A stretch of 64,000 nt of DNA, taken from positions 96,001 through 160,000 of IMG/VR virus record IMGVR_UViG_3300033073_001153; one strand, 5' to 3'. Positions 22,467-33,135 of the stretch are shown one piece after another. The stretch comes from a virus. Its lineage: Duplodnaviria > Caudoviricetes. A program made the translations under genes and the position numbers. The notes below the pieces were generated by a model. The model was not told where the DNA came from. It searched no databases and saw only the letters and a list, made by a program, of their open reading frames with translations. Position 1 is the first letter of the stretch. Each line of letters opens with the position of its first letter.

Positions 22467-23531
22467 TAGAAAAATTTTAACAAACTTAAAATTTTCTGAT
22501 GAACATGCGAGTTTATGGTAAACATGCGAGTTTATTATATAAACGCGAATTTAATATGAACACGAAAATTTCGCCGTTAAAGTTTGTATTTCACTTTGCC
22601 AACTTTATATTTTTCTTTGTCTACGATTCTATATTGAACGTAGCGGTCTCGATTTTCGAAATTGGCTATGTGGACTATGCCGAGGTGTCTTTCGAAGTTT
22701 TTAAGCGTTACATCTTTGGTAGAACGGTGGATTGATATGTCCTTTAAAAAGTTCTCGTAGCTTTTATCGAAGGCTTCCATCATGAATGTTATTTTCATAC
22801 GTAAAATGTCCAGTGTTTGTTTTCGTATCCGACGTTAATTTGTCCCCAAAATTCAGAATTCTTTACTATTTTGTTTTTGTGGTTTCTTTTAAAATATAAG
22901 AGATCCGATTCAAATAGTTTATAATCCAGATTATTTGGTATTAAAATAGCCGATAAATCTTGTTGAAATTCGGCATTAATGATCCGGATTCCGTAATTAT
23001 TCCTCCATTCTTTACTTGAAATATAATCAGCAAAAAAAGAACTAGATTGACGAGAAATAAAAATCGCATAGTAATTAACAAATTTTTCAGATTCTAATAA
23101 TATGTTGTACATAATTAATCTTGCCCATACAATTCTTCGTCTTTTAGGTTTAGTTCTTCTTTGTTGAGAAAATAGTAATGATCTTCTCTTTCTTCTGTGA
23201 AGCCTTCGGCATAGTAATAATCTAGTCGCTTTTCTAGTACATTACAAAGAATGTCATTGAAAATATCAACATCAACCACACAGCTTTTTCCCAGAGTGGA
23301 TTCGATCACTTCTAGATCTTTTTGTGTGATGTTCTGAATGTATGGAAGGTTTTTGGGAACCTTTCCTTTGTTCATGATGATGCTTCCAGTGATAATAGTT
23401 TCTGCCATGATCTTGGCAACATTAATGATAGGTTTGTCGTTTTTCATGTCTACATCATCTATATCGGCAGAATTTAGAGAAACTTTAGGACTTTTTTCAG
23501 TTCCGTAAGCCGTTTTAGGATAAATACTTAT

Positions 23532-24113
23532 GTGAGAAAGTTTATTTGTTTCTTACTGGCTTGTTCATTCTTAGTAATTAACAAGATAAATGCAGAAGAA
23601 GATATGTCTTTTTTAATTAAACGAGCATTTCTTGATACTATAGAAAAAATACCAACACGTGAAGAAATAGAATGGTATCTTGTTTATAATAAAAATGGTT
23701 ATTCAATGGCTATTGATTGGCTATTAAATAACAAACAATATAAATGGAACATTTCAAAAGAATATGCTAAAATTCTTCTTTTATCCAAAGAATATCAGCA
23801 TCTTCCAAAGATGAAATTAAATCAATTACAACTTCGTAAAAACTTGCTTTATGTTGTTGGTATGAATGAAGAACCAACAATAGAAAATGTAGAAATTGCC
23901 AAGTTAAGTTTAATTAAAATGGCTATTGAATCTGGTGGAACTGAAAGTGAAATAATAGACTACATGGCTAATTCACTGATGTGTAGAAATACTAACTTAA
24001 CAGAGAGTAATATTTTAGGAAAGATTATTAGAGAATCTTCTAAAGATGAAAACGGCACATGGTTAGATGTGCTTAATACTATATTAGAATTTGAGGACGT
24101 GAAAACGAAATAA
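23532..24113 (+). CDS. secreted protein with DUF1549/PSD1-like motif
   Basis: Signal peptide; LIKRAFLDTIEKIPTREE resembles the PVC RRxxLDLxGRxPTxEE motif. Confidence 0.5.
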   Translation: MRKFICFLLACSFLVINKINAEEDMSFLIKRAFLDTIEKIPTREEIEWYLVYNKNGYSMAIDWLLNNKQYKWNISKEYAKILLLSKEYQHLPKMKLNQLQLRKNLLYVVGMNEEPTIENVEIAKLSLIKMAIESGGTESEIIDYMANSLMCRNTNLTESNILGKIIRESSKDENGTWLDVLNTILEFEDVKTK

Positions 24114-24440
24114 CTAGAATCCGTATTCTATTCTAGATAAGAAGAATTTCTTTTTATCAATTACTTCGAAGTAATTATCCCACCATTCGAATGTAATTTT
24201 ATTGTTTATTTTGTCAAATGTTTCAAAACGAAGATCTATTATTTCCAGCCAATAATTTTCAGACTTCTCAACGTATTTTAAAGATCGTTTAAGTGCTTTA
24301 CATTTGACAGATTTCAATCCTTTTTTTCTGAGATTAACAGCAGGATAAATAGAAGATCCTTTATTAAGTTTTTTATCTAATTCCCAGCCTACTCTTATAT
24401 ATGTTTTTAGCGGAGGAGGAGTTGATTCTGTTGTTATCAC
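24114..24440 (-). CDS. small protein, C-terminal KIKYGI family
   Basis: Ends DKKKFFLSRIEYGF. Confidence 0.65.
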   Translation of the reverse strand: MITTESTPPPLKTYIRVGWELDKKLNKGSSIYPAVNLRKKGLKSVKCKALKRSLKYVEKSENYWLEIIDLRFETFDKINNKITFEWWDNYFEVIDKKKFFLSRIEYGF

Positions 24441-24620
24441 AAGTTTATTAAATTTACGAGTTCTTTATATCTTCGTGACTTTTTGAATAATCCAGAAACA
24501 TTTCAAGAATTTTTTCAAATGCTTCGTTGAAAGTGATATCTCTTTCGTGAGCAAACAAAATAATTTGGATTAAATGTTCTTTATCGAAATCATTTAAATC
24601 TATATCAATCGTGCCAGTTT

Positions 24621-24896
24621 TCATAAATCGTATTTTAATCGGAAAAGCATTAGTTTTTTGTAATTGGTTACATAAACAGCTCCATATCTATATGGAGTCT
24701 TTATATTCCGACCATAAACAAATCCTAAATGTTTTTTAAAATATCTATTTGAATTTTTCTTTGTGAAATAATAATAAGGATAATTAGGAAATCCATCAGG
24801 AAGTTTTAAATTAAATCTTTCTATAATTTCTTCCATTCCTAATGTTACCCATTTTTGGAAAATATGATATTCTAAATGAATTATATCAGATTCCAT
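24621..24896 (-). CDS. small protein, C-terminal KIKYGI family
   Basis: Ends NYKKLMLFRLKYDL. Confidence 0.65.
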   Translation of the reverse strand: MESDIIHLEYHIFQKWVTLGMEEIIERFNLKLPDGFPNYPYYYFTKKNSNRYFKKHLGFVYGRNIKTPYRYGAVYVTNYKKLMLFRLKYDL

Positions 24897-25218
24897 TTTT
24901 AATTTTAGATAACATATAATTGCGTTTATTCACAATATAGTATCTGTAATTTTCTGTAATTTCTTTTCCGTTTCTAATAGAAAAGTGATTCATTTTATTT
25001 TCTCCAATTCCAGCAAATGCTGATGGTTTAATATCTTTCTTGTAAGGACACAAGCCATGGTGAACACGCATGTGTCTTATATAATCATCTATATTATCAA
25101 TTTTAGTTTTTGATAAGATTTCTTTTATCTTATCGAAATGGAGAATTACTTGCCGTGTGCTCATTTCACCACATTGTTTGATAACCAGTTTCGTTATCTT
25201 GGATATACCAAGCAGCAT
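24886..25218 (-). CDS. small protein, C-terminal KIKYGI family (real start probably internal MSTRQ)
   Basis: Ends NKRNYMLSKIKNGI. Confidence 0.6.
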   Translation of the reverse strand: MLLGISKITKLVIKQCGEMSTRQVILHFDKIKEILSKTKIDNIDDYIRHMRVHHGLCPYKKDIKPSAFAGIGENKMNHFSIRNGKEITENYRYYIVNKRNYMLSKIKNGI

Positions 25219-26454
25219 CTTTTCCAGTAGTTGATACTTCTCCAGTACATTCTAGATCTACTTCATTATATCGAACTCCTGTAATAATTTGAATACATTC
25301 GTCAACATCTTCAAATAGAATTGAGAGCTTTGATTGATCGAATTCTTCTCCTTCTTTTAGATTTAAAATATATTCAGCTTGAAATCCTTTGGAATATTCT
25401 TGTCCTACTATGATGTAACGAGAATCGAAATCTTTGAATATAATATCTTGTTCACATTCAGTATTCCATTTATCACCAACTTTATAATCCATTTCTGTTG
25501 AATAAATTTCGTTTTCATTTTCATCAACAATTCGCATGGTGGTGTTTCTGTTGAAATAAGGTCCAAAATTATGATAGAACTTATCGTTTTCGTATTTTGT
25601 TTCTTGTGTTAAACCTTCGTGGATATCTTCGGAGAGTTCATCTTCCATGTTACCACACATGTGATCCGTAACATCAATTCCATTTTCATCAAAATGCTTA
25701 AACATTTTTTCTGTACATTCTCCAACAATAATCTCAGCACCCCAACCGTGGAATTCAATTTTATATTTCATTTTAATTTTTAATCTTTTCTAACATTTCT
25801 GCTTTCTTTTTCAAGAAAGTTTTTCGGATTGCCTGACAAATACTATCTGTTAAGTAAAAACGATAAGTGTTATTTACATTACCAGAAATAAAATTATCAA
25901 TAATATCTCTTAATTCTATTTCTAGAGTATCTTTGGTTTCTTCCACAGCAGTTTCTAATCCAATAAAATCAGGATCAGGAGAAGCCGCTATCCATCTAAT
26001 ACCTCTACTGTATTTGTTATTGTAAACAAAATAATTACCATATCCAATATGGTCTCTGTCGTAGATTTTACCTATTGGTTTATACTTGCCATCTACTCTC
26101 ATGTAAATGGTTTCGTCTGGATATTTCCTAGGCATGATTATTTTTTCAAAATCTCAACCAATAATATGTTTTGAATATCCCTACCAAGATTTTCGACATC
26201 ATTTAAAATGAATAGTTTAGAGGATTCTGTATAACTATTGTCTTTACAAATAATTAAATTAAGTACAAACCCCCCATTTTCTGATTTGAATAATTCCATT
26301 TTAAATGTAGGAAATATTTTAGAATTGAATGGAGAAATCGTGCTAGAACCATTTGTGGATATAGTGGTAATAGTTCCACTAGAATTCAAGGAATTTAATG
26401 CACTTTGTAATAGAGGAGATGTGTTTGACGATGCGTTAATATTGAAGGACATAA

Positions 26455-26898
26455 TTACTTGTACTGTATAAATCCACGTTTGTCAACTACATAATTATTC
26501 GGATATTTATTTTTTAGATCCTCATCTAAGATTGCCCACGAAGGAGTATTTTTAGGATCGAAATAAACAAATATATAAGCCCAATGGTTTACTATCTCAT
26601 AACTCTTTAAGTACTTTTTAAAAGTATCCCGCATTTGTTGGGAATGTAATTTATCTACAATAGTTGGAGTTAAGTAAGTAGTTTTAGAAAAACATAATCT
26701 TTTTGTGAAAGAAAGTGTGTCTTCGTTATCAGTCAAAGGTGGATCACACTTTTCTACGGTGCAATATACTCTTCCTTTATTGAATCCGGCTAATAACCAA
26801 AGCCTCGTACCTAAACCTGCACGAAGTGGAACTTTACCAGTTTTAAGAGCATGTAAAAATTGTTTCTTTTTATAAATTTCTTCAAATTCAGATTCCAT
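26455..26898 (-). CDS. hypothetical protein (start revised to MESEFEE)
   Basis: ATG embedded in the YGI-stop of the upstream family gene. Confidence 0.6.
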   Translation of the reverse strand: MESEFEEIYKKKQFLHALKTGKVPLRAGLGTRLWLLAGFNKGRVYCTVEKCDPPLTDNEDTLSFTKRLCFSKTTYLTPTIVDKLHSQQMRDTFKKYLKSYEIVNHWAYIFVYFDPKNTPSWAILDEDLKNKYPNNYVVDKRGFIQYK

Positions 26899-27085
26899 AT
26901 TTGATCCTAGCCAAAAAGAATTTTTGTTTATCCACGATATCCAAAATCCAGACTTCTCCTTTCCAAGTGTTATTTTCAGAAAAGCGCAAACCAAGTTGAT
27001 ACCAATTTCTAATTCCTTGAGAAAACATATGTCGAACGGTTTCGTCGTCAATTTCAACAATATTACAATCGTTTTGATTCACCAT
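26888..27085 (-). CDS. small protein, C-terminal KIKYGI family
   Basis: Ends DKQKFFLARIKYGI. Confidence 0.7.
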   Translation of the reverse strand: MVNQNDCNIVEIDDETVRHMFSQGIRNWYQLGLRFSENNTWKGEVWILDIVDKQKFFLARIKYGI

Positions 27086-27232
27086 ATGAAATAAACGTAA
27101 ATCATTTCACAGATGAAAATGAGTAGCAACGGTTTCATTGTTTTCTGCATTACAAAAATAAGAAATTCCGCGATATACTCAACTAACCACCAAATAAAAT
27201 GCTTTAAAATAACTGTTAAATTTTTAAAAAAT

Positions 27233-27487
27233 CTAGATACCATATTTGATTTTTGCTAACATCATTTTCTTTTCGTCCACAATTTCGTAAAGACTTGCAG
27301 ATCTATAAATATCTTTTAATCCGAAATTGTTTAAAATCGTTTCGTTTCTATTTTCTATTGGAATATCATGAAACGTAATAAGACCTACCGCAGCATATTT
27401 CTTACCGTTTGCTTCTATGATTAGAATTTCTTGTGAAGAAGGATCGCCATTCATTTCTAAAATGTAGATCCTTCTCAGAAAAAACAC
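27233..27487 (-). CDS. small protein, C-terminal KIKYGI family
   Basis: Ends DEKKMMLAKIKYGI. Confidence 0.7.
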   Translation of the reverse strand: MFFLRRIYILEMNGDPSSQEILIIEANGKKYAAVGLITFHDIPIENRNETILNNFGLKDIYRSASLYEIVDEKKMMLAKIKYGI

Positions 27488-27496
27488 AAGAACTTT

Positions 27497-28450
27497 TTAG
27501 CGTAGGAGAACAAAAATTAGTGCAACTATTACGAACCCAATAATGAAGAGTAAATTTTCGTTTTTCCAAAATGGAGGCAACGGTTCTATTGGTTCTAGTG
27601 GTTTGTTTGGTTTCGGTTCCTCTGGTTTTGGTGGTTCTGGTTTTGGTGGTTCGGGAGGACGTTCGTCTTCAGAAGTACGAATAGTCCAGAAATCAAAACA
27701 ATAATTAGGAGTTAACATTGAGTTAAGAGGAATATGTACATATCCTTCACAAGCAAAATATTTACCCCATGAATTTCTAACTAATATAACATAATCATTT
27801 AGTTCTTTTTCAAAATAATAACCAACTGCCAACATACAGTGCCCACCAAGATACTTTTCTTTTGTTACCATTGGGTGCGGATATATTTCATAAAACATTA
27901 CTTGTTTATAATGTTTAATGAAAGAATCATAAATCTTCATCCCAAAAGTGAACGGATATCCGTCAGATAAACATCCTAGTAATTCTTCTTTTGTTTGTTC
28001 TAAACGAAAATAAGAAAGCGATTGATGCTTTTCGGCATCAACCCAAGCTTCTTTAGGAGGTTCGTCTTTAAATTTAGCTATATCATAAGGCCAAATTTCA
28101 TCTTTTGTTACTCCGTATTCAACAGTAGCTTTTAGTGCTTCTCTAGCAGTTGCACCAGAATCTTCGTCAATTGATCCACGTAATTTTCTAGTGGCATAAT
28201 AAGTAAACAATTGCGAAGTAGGCCACGATGTAAGTTTTGTTTTAAACCTTACGTATCTAACCAAATCATTAGTTGCGAATGATGTACAAGCTCCTAATGT
28301 TCCTTGATTATGAACATCTCCAAACCACCATCCTGTTTTTGCATCTTCTCTAAGATCTACCGATTCTTTAAATACAGGTTCTTCTACTGTTTTTAAACGA
28401 TAGTCGCGTTCGTCATGTGTATCTGGTTCACATCCAAATGAATAGTTCAT
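27497..28450 (-). CDS. papain-like (C1A) cysteine protease with Pro-rich linker and C-terminal TM anchor
   Basis: QGTLGACTSFA, GGHCM, RNSWG; PEPPKPEPPK linker; hydrophobic tail. Confidence 0.85.
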   Translation of the reverse strand: MNYSFGCEPDTHDERDYRLKTVEEPVFKESVDLREDAKTGWWFGDVHNQGTLGACTSFATNDLVRYVRFKTKLTSWPTSQLFTYYATRKLRGSIDEDSGATAREALKATVEYGVTKDEIWPYDIAKFKDEPPKEAWVDAEKHQSLSYFRLEQTKEELLGCLSDGYPFTFGMKIYDSFIKHYKQVMFYEIYPHPMVTKEKYLGGHCMLAVGYYFEKELNDYVILVRNSWGKYFACEGYVHIPLNSMLTPNYCFDFWTIRTSEDERPPEPPKPEPPKPEEPKPNKPLEPIEPLPPFWKNENLLFIIGFVIVALIFVLLR

Positions 28451-28469
28451 ATTATTATTTAACTTTTTT

Positions 28470-29348
28470 CTAGTAAAAACACATGAGCTTCAACACTGCA
28501 AGATCTTTTTGTTTTGCTTCGATCTCAATATCTACATCTACTGCACAATGTGGAATGTTATTGATATAATCGGCATGAGCACGATCTAAACTGTGTGCTT
28601 TACCTTCACTATGATGAAACAAAGGAACCGTATCTTTCCAAGTACCCACACAAACTTCGTGTGCAGTTTCTTCTAGTTCACCGTCGTTGTTAATCAAACG
28701 ATGATGATAATCTAGTGTAATCGGAATGTTTGGGAAATACTTGTATAGATTCTGATACTTCCAGAATGACTTGTCTTCTGTTTCAAATACCAAACGATTC
28801 ATAACACTACTAGATAGTTTGGGTAGATTACGATCTACTTGTCTGATAGCAATTTCTGGATTGTTACCATTACTAACATGAATATTAATAGGACAAAAGT
28901 GACTACTTGGAATATTTAGCATATCAAACATCTTGGCATGATATTCTAGATTACGAACACCATTAGTATTCACGTCATCTTTGGGAGAAGAAATAATACA
29001 GAACTGATCTGGGTGTGTACTGAGCCGACCACCGTTAGCCAAATACTTTTGAACACTCATTCTTGCTGGAATCCAAAAGACTTCTTTAGAACAAAATAGA
29101 TTCCAGTATTGTTCGAAGTCTGGATGATCTGCCAGAGGAAACATATTCGACGAAATACGATAATGACGAATATTTTTAAGAGTCAAATAACCTAGAACTT
29201 TACAAAGCTCAGAGAGATTATGACGATAAACATCAAAGATTTTGTCTTGTTTGTTAGACAAGTCTTTGGTACGATTTAACTGAAGTGTCTTGAAATCAGA
29301 TTTCTGACCCAACGTGATACAACATACACCCAAACGGTTCTTAAACAT
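28470..29348 (-). CDS. uvsE: UV damage endonuclease
   Basis: YRISSNMFP, HPDQF, INIH, LDYHH, HADY, IEAKQKD. Confidence 0.9.
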   Translation of the reverse strand: MFKNRLGVCCITLGQKSDFKTLQLNRTKDLSNKQDKIFDVYRHNLSELCKVLGYLTLKNIRHYRISSNMFPLADHPDFEQYWNLFCSKEVFWIPARMSVQKYLANGGRLSTHPDQFCIISSPKDDVNTNGVRNLEYHAKMFDMLNIPSSHFCPINIHVSNGNNPEIAIRQVDRNLPKLSSSVMNRLVFETEDKSFWKYQNLYKYFPNIPITLDYHHRLINNDGELEETAHEVCVGTWKDTVPLFHHSEGKAHSLDRAHADYINNIPHCAVDVDIEIEAKQKDLAVLKLMCFY

Positions 29349-29382
29349 GGGTGTAGTCTAGAGAAGAAAAACAAGATGTCAA

Positions 29383-30615
29383 CTATTCTTCTACAAAAAA
29401 ATCGGTAGATTCTCCCAAACGAAACCTATCACTGGGAGCTAAAATTACATTTAGCACGCTTTTTATTTTTTCGTTTACGGCTCGGTTTCCATATGCAACA
29501 TACAATCCTAATGCTTCGCAAAAAGCTTCTTCTGCGTTTTTATTAGCATAACCAGTAATAGGAGTATTTGGTACTACAACTTTTCCTTTTATTTGATTGT
29601 TTTTATATGCGTCTACTAAAGATTGTAAATCATAAATGCCATAATGACTAGTAGCATAATTATGAAATAATGCTTCGGCTTGTAGATATAAAATAGGATT
29701 TTCTGTTTTCATTCGTGTTTCGAAATCACGAGATTTTTCATTTTCTCCCATCATATTCACTATTTCTTCTACATCTATTTCAATTTTATCACTAATAATA
29801 AATTCGTACCAAAAGTTTCTACTTTCTTCTGATAAAGATTTGTATATATGATGACCCATTTCATGAGCCAATACTCTTATAAAAGCTTCTTCTTTATTTT
29901 CTTTTGAAGCCCATGCTGTTAATATAATTTTATTATATTCATATAATCCAGCAGAATTAGAATTATCATAAGTATCAAATTCCATATGAATTTCTACCGG
30001 AAGTCCATATCTTAACATTAAAGGAGCTACTTTTCTTGCTCTTTCTACATAAGAATTGATATAATACTTTAATCTTGGTAATCTAGATTTATTTTTATCA
30101 TTCAAACCTATAAAAATAAAAGGAATTCCGTCTACTTTAAAAGTGTGTTTTTCTAAATTTAATTTTAAATCTAAATTTGGATTATTTTCTAAAAATCTTT
30201 TAAATTCAGTCCAAGTTAAATTAGCTTTTTTATTAGCTAATCTTTTTAGATTAATAAGTTTTTTTAAATTATGTTCGTCTCGTCTTTTACTGTATTCTTC
30301 TAATTCATATTTTATATCTCTTAAATGACTTAGTAATTCCCAAAGTGGTTGTCTTACATATGCAGTATGAATTTTTTTATTTTCTCCCCATTTATACATC
30401 AATGTACTAATATCATCATAATAATTGATTACTTTTAAAAAAGGATCTTTTAATTTAGTAGCATTTTCAGGAGTTAATTTAGTTCCTATATTTTTAATTA
30501 TAATATCGTAATCATTTTTTAACTTATCAATAAATTCAATATTTATATCAGTATCTGATTCTTCTAAAAGAATTTTAGATACGTAAGATTCCCAAATCAA
30601 ATCAACATCATTCAT
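29383..30615 (-). CDS. MNDVDLIWESY-tag protein with zincin metallopeptidase-like domain
   Basis: LAHEMGHH plus downstream YA..N.EEAFCEA (lethal-factor-like arrangement). Confidence 0.7.
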   Translation of the reverse strand: MNDVDLIWESYVSKILLEESDTDINIEFIDKLKNDYDIIIKNIGTKLTPENATKLKDPFLKVINYYDDISTLMYKWGENKKIHTAYVRQPLWELLSHLRDIKYELEEYSKRRDEHNLKKLINLKRLANKKANLTWTEFKRFLENNPNLDLKLNLEKHTFKVDGIPFIFIGLNDKNKSRLPRLKYYINSYVERARKVAPLMLRYGLPVEIHMEFDTYDNSNSAGLYEYNKIILTAWASKENKEEAFIRVLAHEMGHHIYKSLSEESRNFWYEFIISDKIEIDVEEIVNMMGENEKSRDFETRMKTENPILYLQAEALFHNYATSHYGIYDLQSLVDAYKNNQIKGKVVVPNTPITGYANKNAEEAFCEALGLYVAYGNRAVNEKIKSVLNVILAPSDRFRLGESTDFFVEE

Positions 30616-30814
30616 AGTTATTTCGCTCCAGATTCTTTTAGATGTTTTTGTACAGCTTTCAATAATGCTTCCACTTTCTTATCATCATCTACTTTCTTCG
30701 TGATGATTCTCTTAAAAGTTTTTTTGAGCTTCTGATCCATTGCTTCGTCACCTTTGTGTTCGGTTAAAACAGATTCAATTAAGTTTAAGAATTTAGAAGC
30801 CATATAGATATTTA

Positions 30815-31537
30815 TTAACTTTTGATAATTTCCAACATCAATCGTTCTTGCATTTTCTTTTTAACGATTGTGTCTAATCCCATCTTTTCTCTCTGAATTA
30901 ATGGCATGATCTCATTCCTAATGAAATTACGCCTACTTCCTTTCGTAACTTTATTAGTTTCGTCTTCTACTACGAATTTCATCAGATCATTCTTTTCTGC
31001 GTATTCTCTGAAATCCTTTTTCTTTGTGAAGAGAAAAGGATGTACAATCAAATTAGTTCCAACTTCAGTGATAAAAGGAATAGGAAGAAATCCTTCTTTG
31101 CCTCTTAAAACATTTAACATGTAACTTTCAGTCGCATCATCTAAATGATGAGCAGTAATGAAAATCTTACAATCATGATAATTTTTAATCCATTCTAATC
31201 TAGCTCGTCTCAGACCATCTTCGGTATGATTTTTTACTAAATCTTTAAGCCTTCTTGCAGGGTATCCACAAAAACCAATCTCAGGAAGATACATGTATTT
31301 GTCATACATTTCTTCCATTTTATCGTTTTGCTCTCTTAGCCCATGATTAAAGTGTTCCATAGATAATATTAAATTCTTACCAAGTAGTTCCCCTAATGTT
31401 TTAAAATACTTATTATTAAAAAAATGATGAGTAGCAGCGACACTATCTACACCCATTGAACAAAGAATAATAATTTCATTATACTTCGGCATCTTATTAA
31501 ATGCCAACTCCATAATCTCTTCGGAAAATTTAATCAT
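30815..31537 (-). CDS. tilS: tRNA(Ile)-lysidine synthetase
   Basis: PP-loop SMGVDS, HFNHGLR, TAHHLDDATE, DETN, RRNFIR; start taken at MIKFS. Confidence 0.85.
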   Translation of the reverse strand: MIKFSEEIMELAFNKMPKYNEIIILCSMGVDSVAATHHFFNNKYFKTLGELLGKNLILSMEHFNHGLREQNDKMEEMYDKYMYLPEIGFCGYPARRLKDLVKNHTEDGLRRARLEWIKNYHDCKIFITAHHLDDATESYMLNVLRGKEGFLPIPFITEVGTNLIVHPFLFTKKKDFREYAEKNDLMKFVVEDETNKVTKGSRRNFIRNEIMPLIQREKMGLDTIVKKKMQERLMLEIIKS

Positions 31538-31842
31538 TTTGTGTTCACTAAAATTGCAGAAACTACTGATAGAATTATTCCAAACCACTGAAGATTTGAA
31601 ATATTATCGCCCATACACTTCAATCCCAACTGATATCCTATTGAAGTAGACACAGTAATTAGTACTGACTGCTGTGTCAAGGATAAAGTAGAAAGTTTCA
31701 ACATAAAATATCCACCAGTCATCATCAGCAAACTACCAAATAATGTAAACCATGTAGGCAAATTTCCACGCTGGATGTGAACATTCACAAAAGCTAATCC
31801 AAAACAAACGAAGAAATAATAGAAATAAAAGAATAAATTCAC
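31534..31842 (-). CDS. small 4-TM SMR/DMT-like membrane protein
   Basis: Four hydrophobic segments, C-terminal ISNLQWFGIIL; similar to 54358-54669. Confidence 0.55.
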   Translation of the reverse strand: MNLFFYFYYFFVCFGLAFVNVHIQRGNLPTWFTLFGSLLMMTGGYFMLKLSTLSLTQQSVLITVSTSIGYQLGLKCMGDNISNLQWFGIILSVVSAILVNTK

Positions 31843-32500
31843 TAGAAATAAAATCTAAATCGTTTTTCAATTGCACCTGTTAAATCTGTTTGTTTCCAGT
31901 AATCTTCTTTATTTTCTAATTCATAAGGAATCTCCGTTCCTTTTGAAATTACTGTTACTTTTTTCCCATTTTTCAAAAAATCTTTTGCCAAATTTTGATA
32001 AAAATTCTTTCCTTTATTATTCATAACAGGACTAGATTCTAAAACTGAAAAATGTTTTGGATAATACTCAGTTATCAAACCACGCACAAGTCCCAATACC
32101 CAATCAATCTGCCATAATCCACCAATTTCCATGATTTCATTTTTTGGTTTGTATTTCACAAAACAAGAAATTTGTTCATATGGAGACTCTCCACTAATAA
32201 ACAAATCCCAATTATATCCTTGTTCTAATGTTCTATATAATTCGTATTCTTGATTATTAATAGTAACATTTTCTATGAATTTTTCACTTTCTTTTGCTTT
32301 TAAAGACCATTCATGATTAACTATTTTGTTATTTAAAAAATGAAAATAATCAGATTGATGAAGCATAGGAGATTCAAATAAAACACAATCCTCTTTAATT
32401 ATGTGTTTGTCTCTTTCTATTTCTTCGTCAATTTGTTTTAAGGAATAATTAAAATATTCCTCAAAAGACATTTCTCTAAACTTATCCCTGTAAATATCCA

Positions 32501-33127
32501 TTATTTGACAACTAGTTGTGGATCGTAACCAAATTCAAAAATACTATTAGCATCTGTAAAAACATCACGTGCAAATACAGTTTTCTTTAAAATTTTATAT
32601 TCTCCTCTTAAACTAGCTTCTCCGTGTTCAACTGCATATCCTCTCACAGTAGTAACCCAATCACCACGATTGATGTCTATTTTTTGTTCTTCAATTTGTG
32701 GTGAATTTTTTATTTTTTCTAATTCATTATGAATATAATCGAAATATTTAGAAACATTATAAAATCCTGCTTTAGCCATGCTTTTTTTAATTTTAGGACT
32801 TTTATCTGCTCTACGAAGAATTTCGCTTTTTTCGTATTCTAATCGGTCTATTATATCTTCTCTTGATTCTATTTTTGGAACTGCACGGTAAATTACAACT
32901 TTAGCATTAGGACGATTACGATAACTGTGCATTATTGAAATTGCTTGTCCATCTAATGGAGATGCATCGCCGTAATATTGAGCCGCTTTTGATGAGTAAA
33001 TATCATCTGGATAAATTTCAGTTAAATTCCAAAGTGGAGCAGAACCTTCACCTTTTGTTGGAGCTTGATGCTCTCCTCTGTAATCAGTGGATTCTAAAAT
33101 ATTCTTAACTATTTCATCAAAACGCAT
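32501..33127 (-). CDS. MRFDEIVKNILES-tag protein, possible ADP-ribosyltransferase-fold domain
   Basis: VIYRAVP...GDWVT...YAVEHG...EFGY pattern; TAAATA at 33133-33138. Confidence 0.5.
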   Translation of the reverse strand: MRFDEIVKNILESTDYRGEHQAPTKGEGSAPLWNLTEIYPDDIYSSKAAQYYGDASPLDGQAISIMHSYRNRPNAKVVIYRAVPKIESREDIIDRLEYEKSEILRRADKSPKIKKSMAKAGFYNVSKYFDYIHNELEKIKNSPQIEEQKIDINRGDWVTTVRGYAVEHGEASLRGEYKILKKTVFARDVFTDANSIFEFGYDPQLVVK

Positions 33128-33135
33128 AGAATTAT

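Larger units (their letters stand above)
230..23487 (-). promoter_or_regulatory. 22 dispersed sigma28/FliA-like promoters, TAAA-N15/16-(G/A/T)CCGA(T/C)WW
   Basis: Copies at 230-256, 490-517, 713-740, 1070-1097 (variant GCCTATTA), 1808-1834, 2177-2204, 5650-5677, 7182-7208, 7484-7511, 8881-8907, 9240-9266, 9633-9660, 9948-9974, 10163-10189, 11589-11616, 11839-11865, 15700-15726, 16069-16095, 18370-18396, 19947-19974, 21836-21862, 23461-23487; spacer always 15 or 16 nt; always upstream of a - strand gene. Confidence 0.85.

Noticed and set aside
230-23487. Recurrent TCGGCAG...CTTTAGGAA sequence as a CRISPR array or integron attC set
   Set aside because: Copies are separated by whole genes, have a variable centre, fixed two-box spacing and a fixed distance to ATG, which fits promoters
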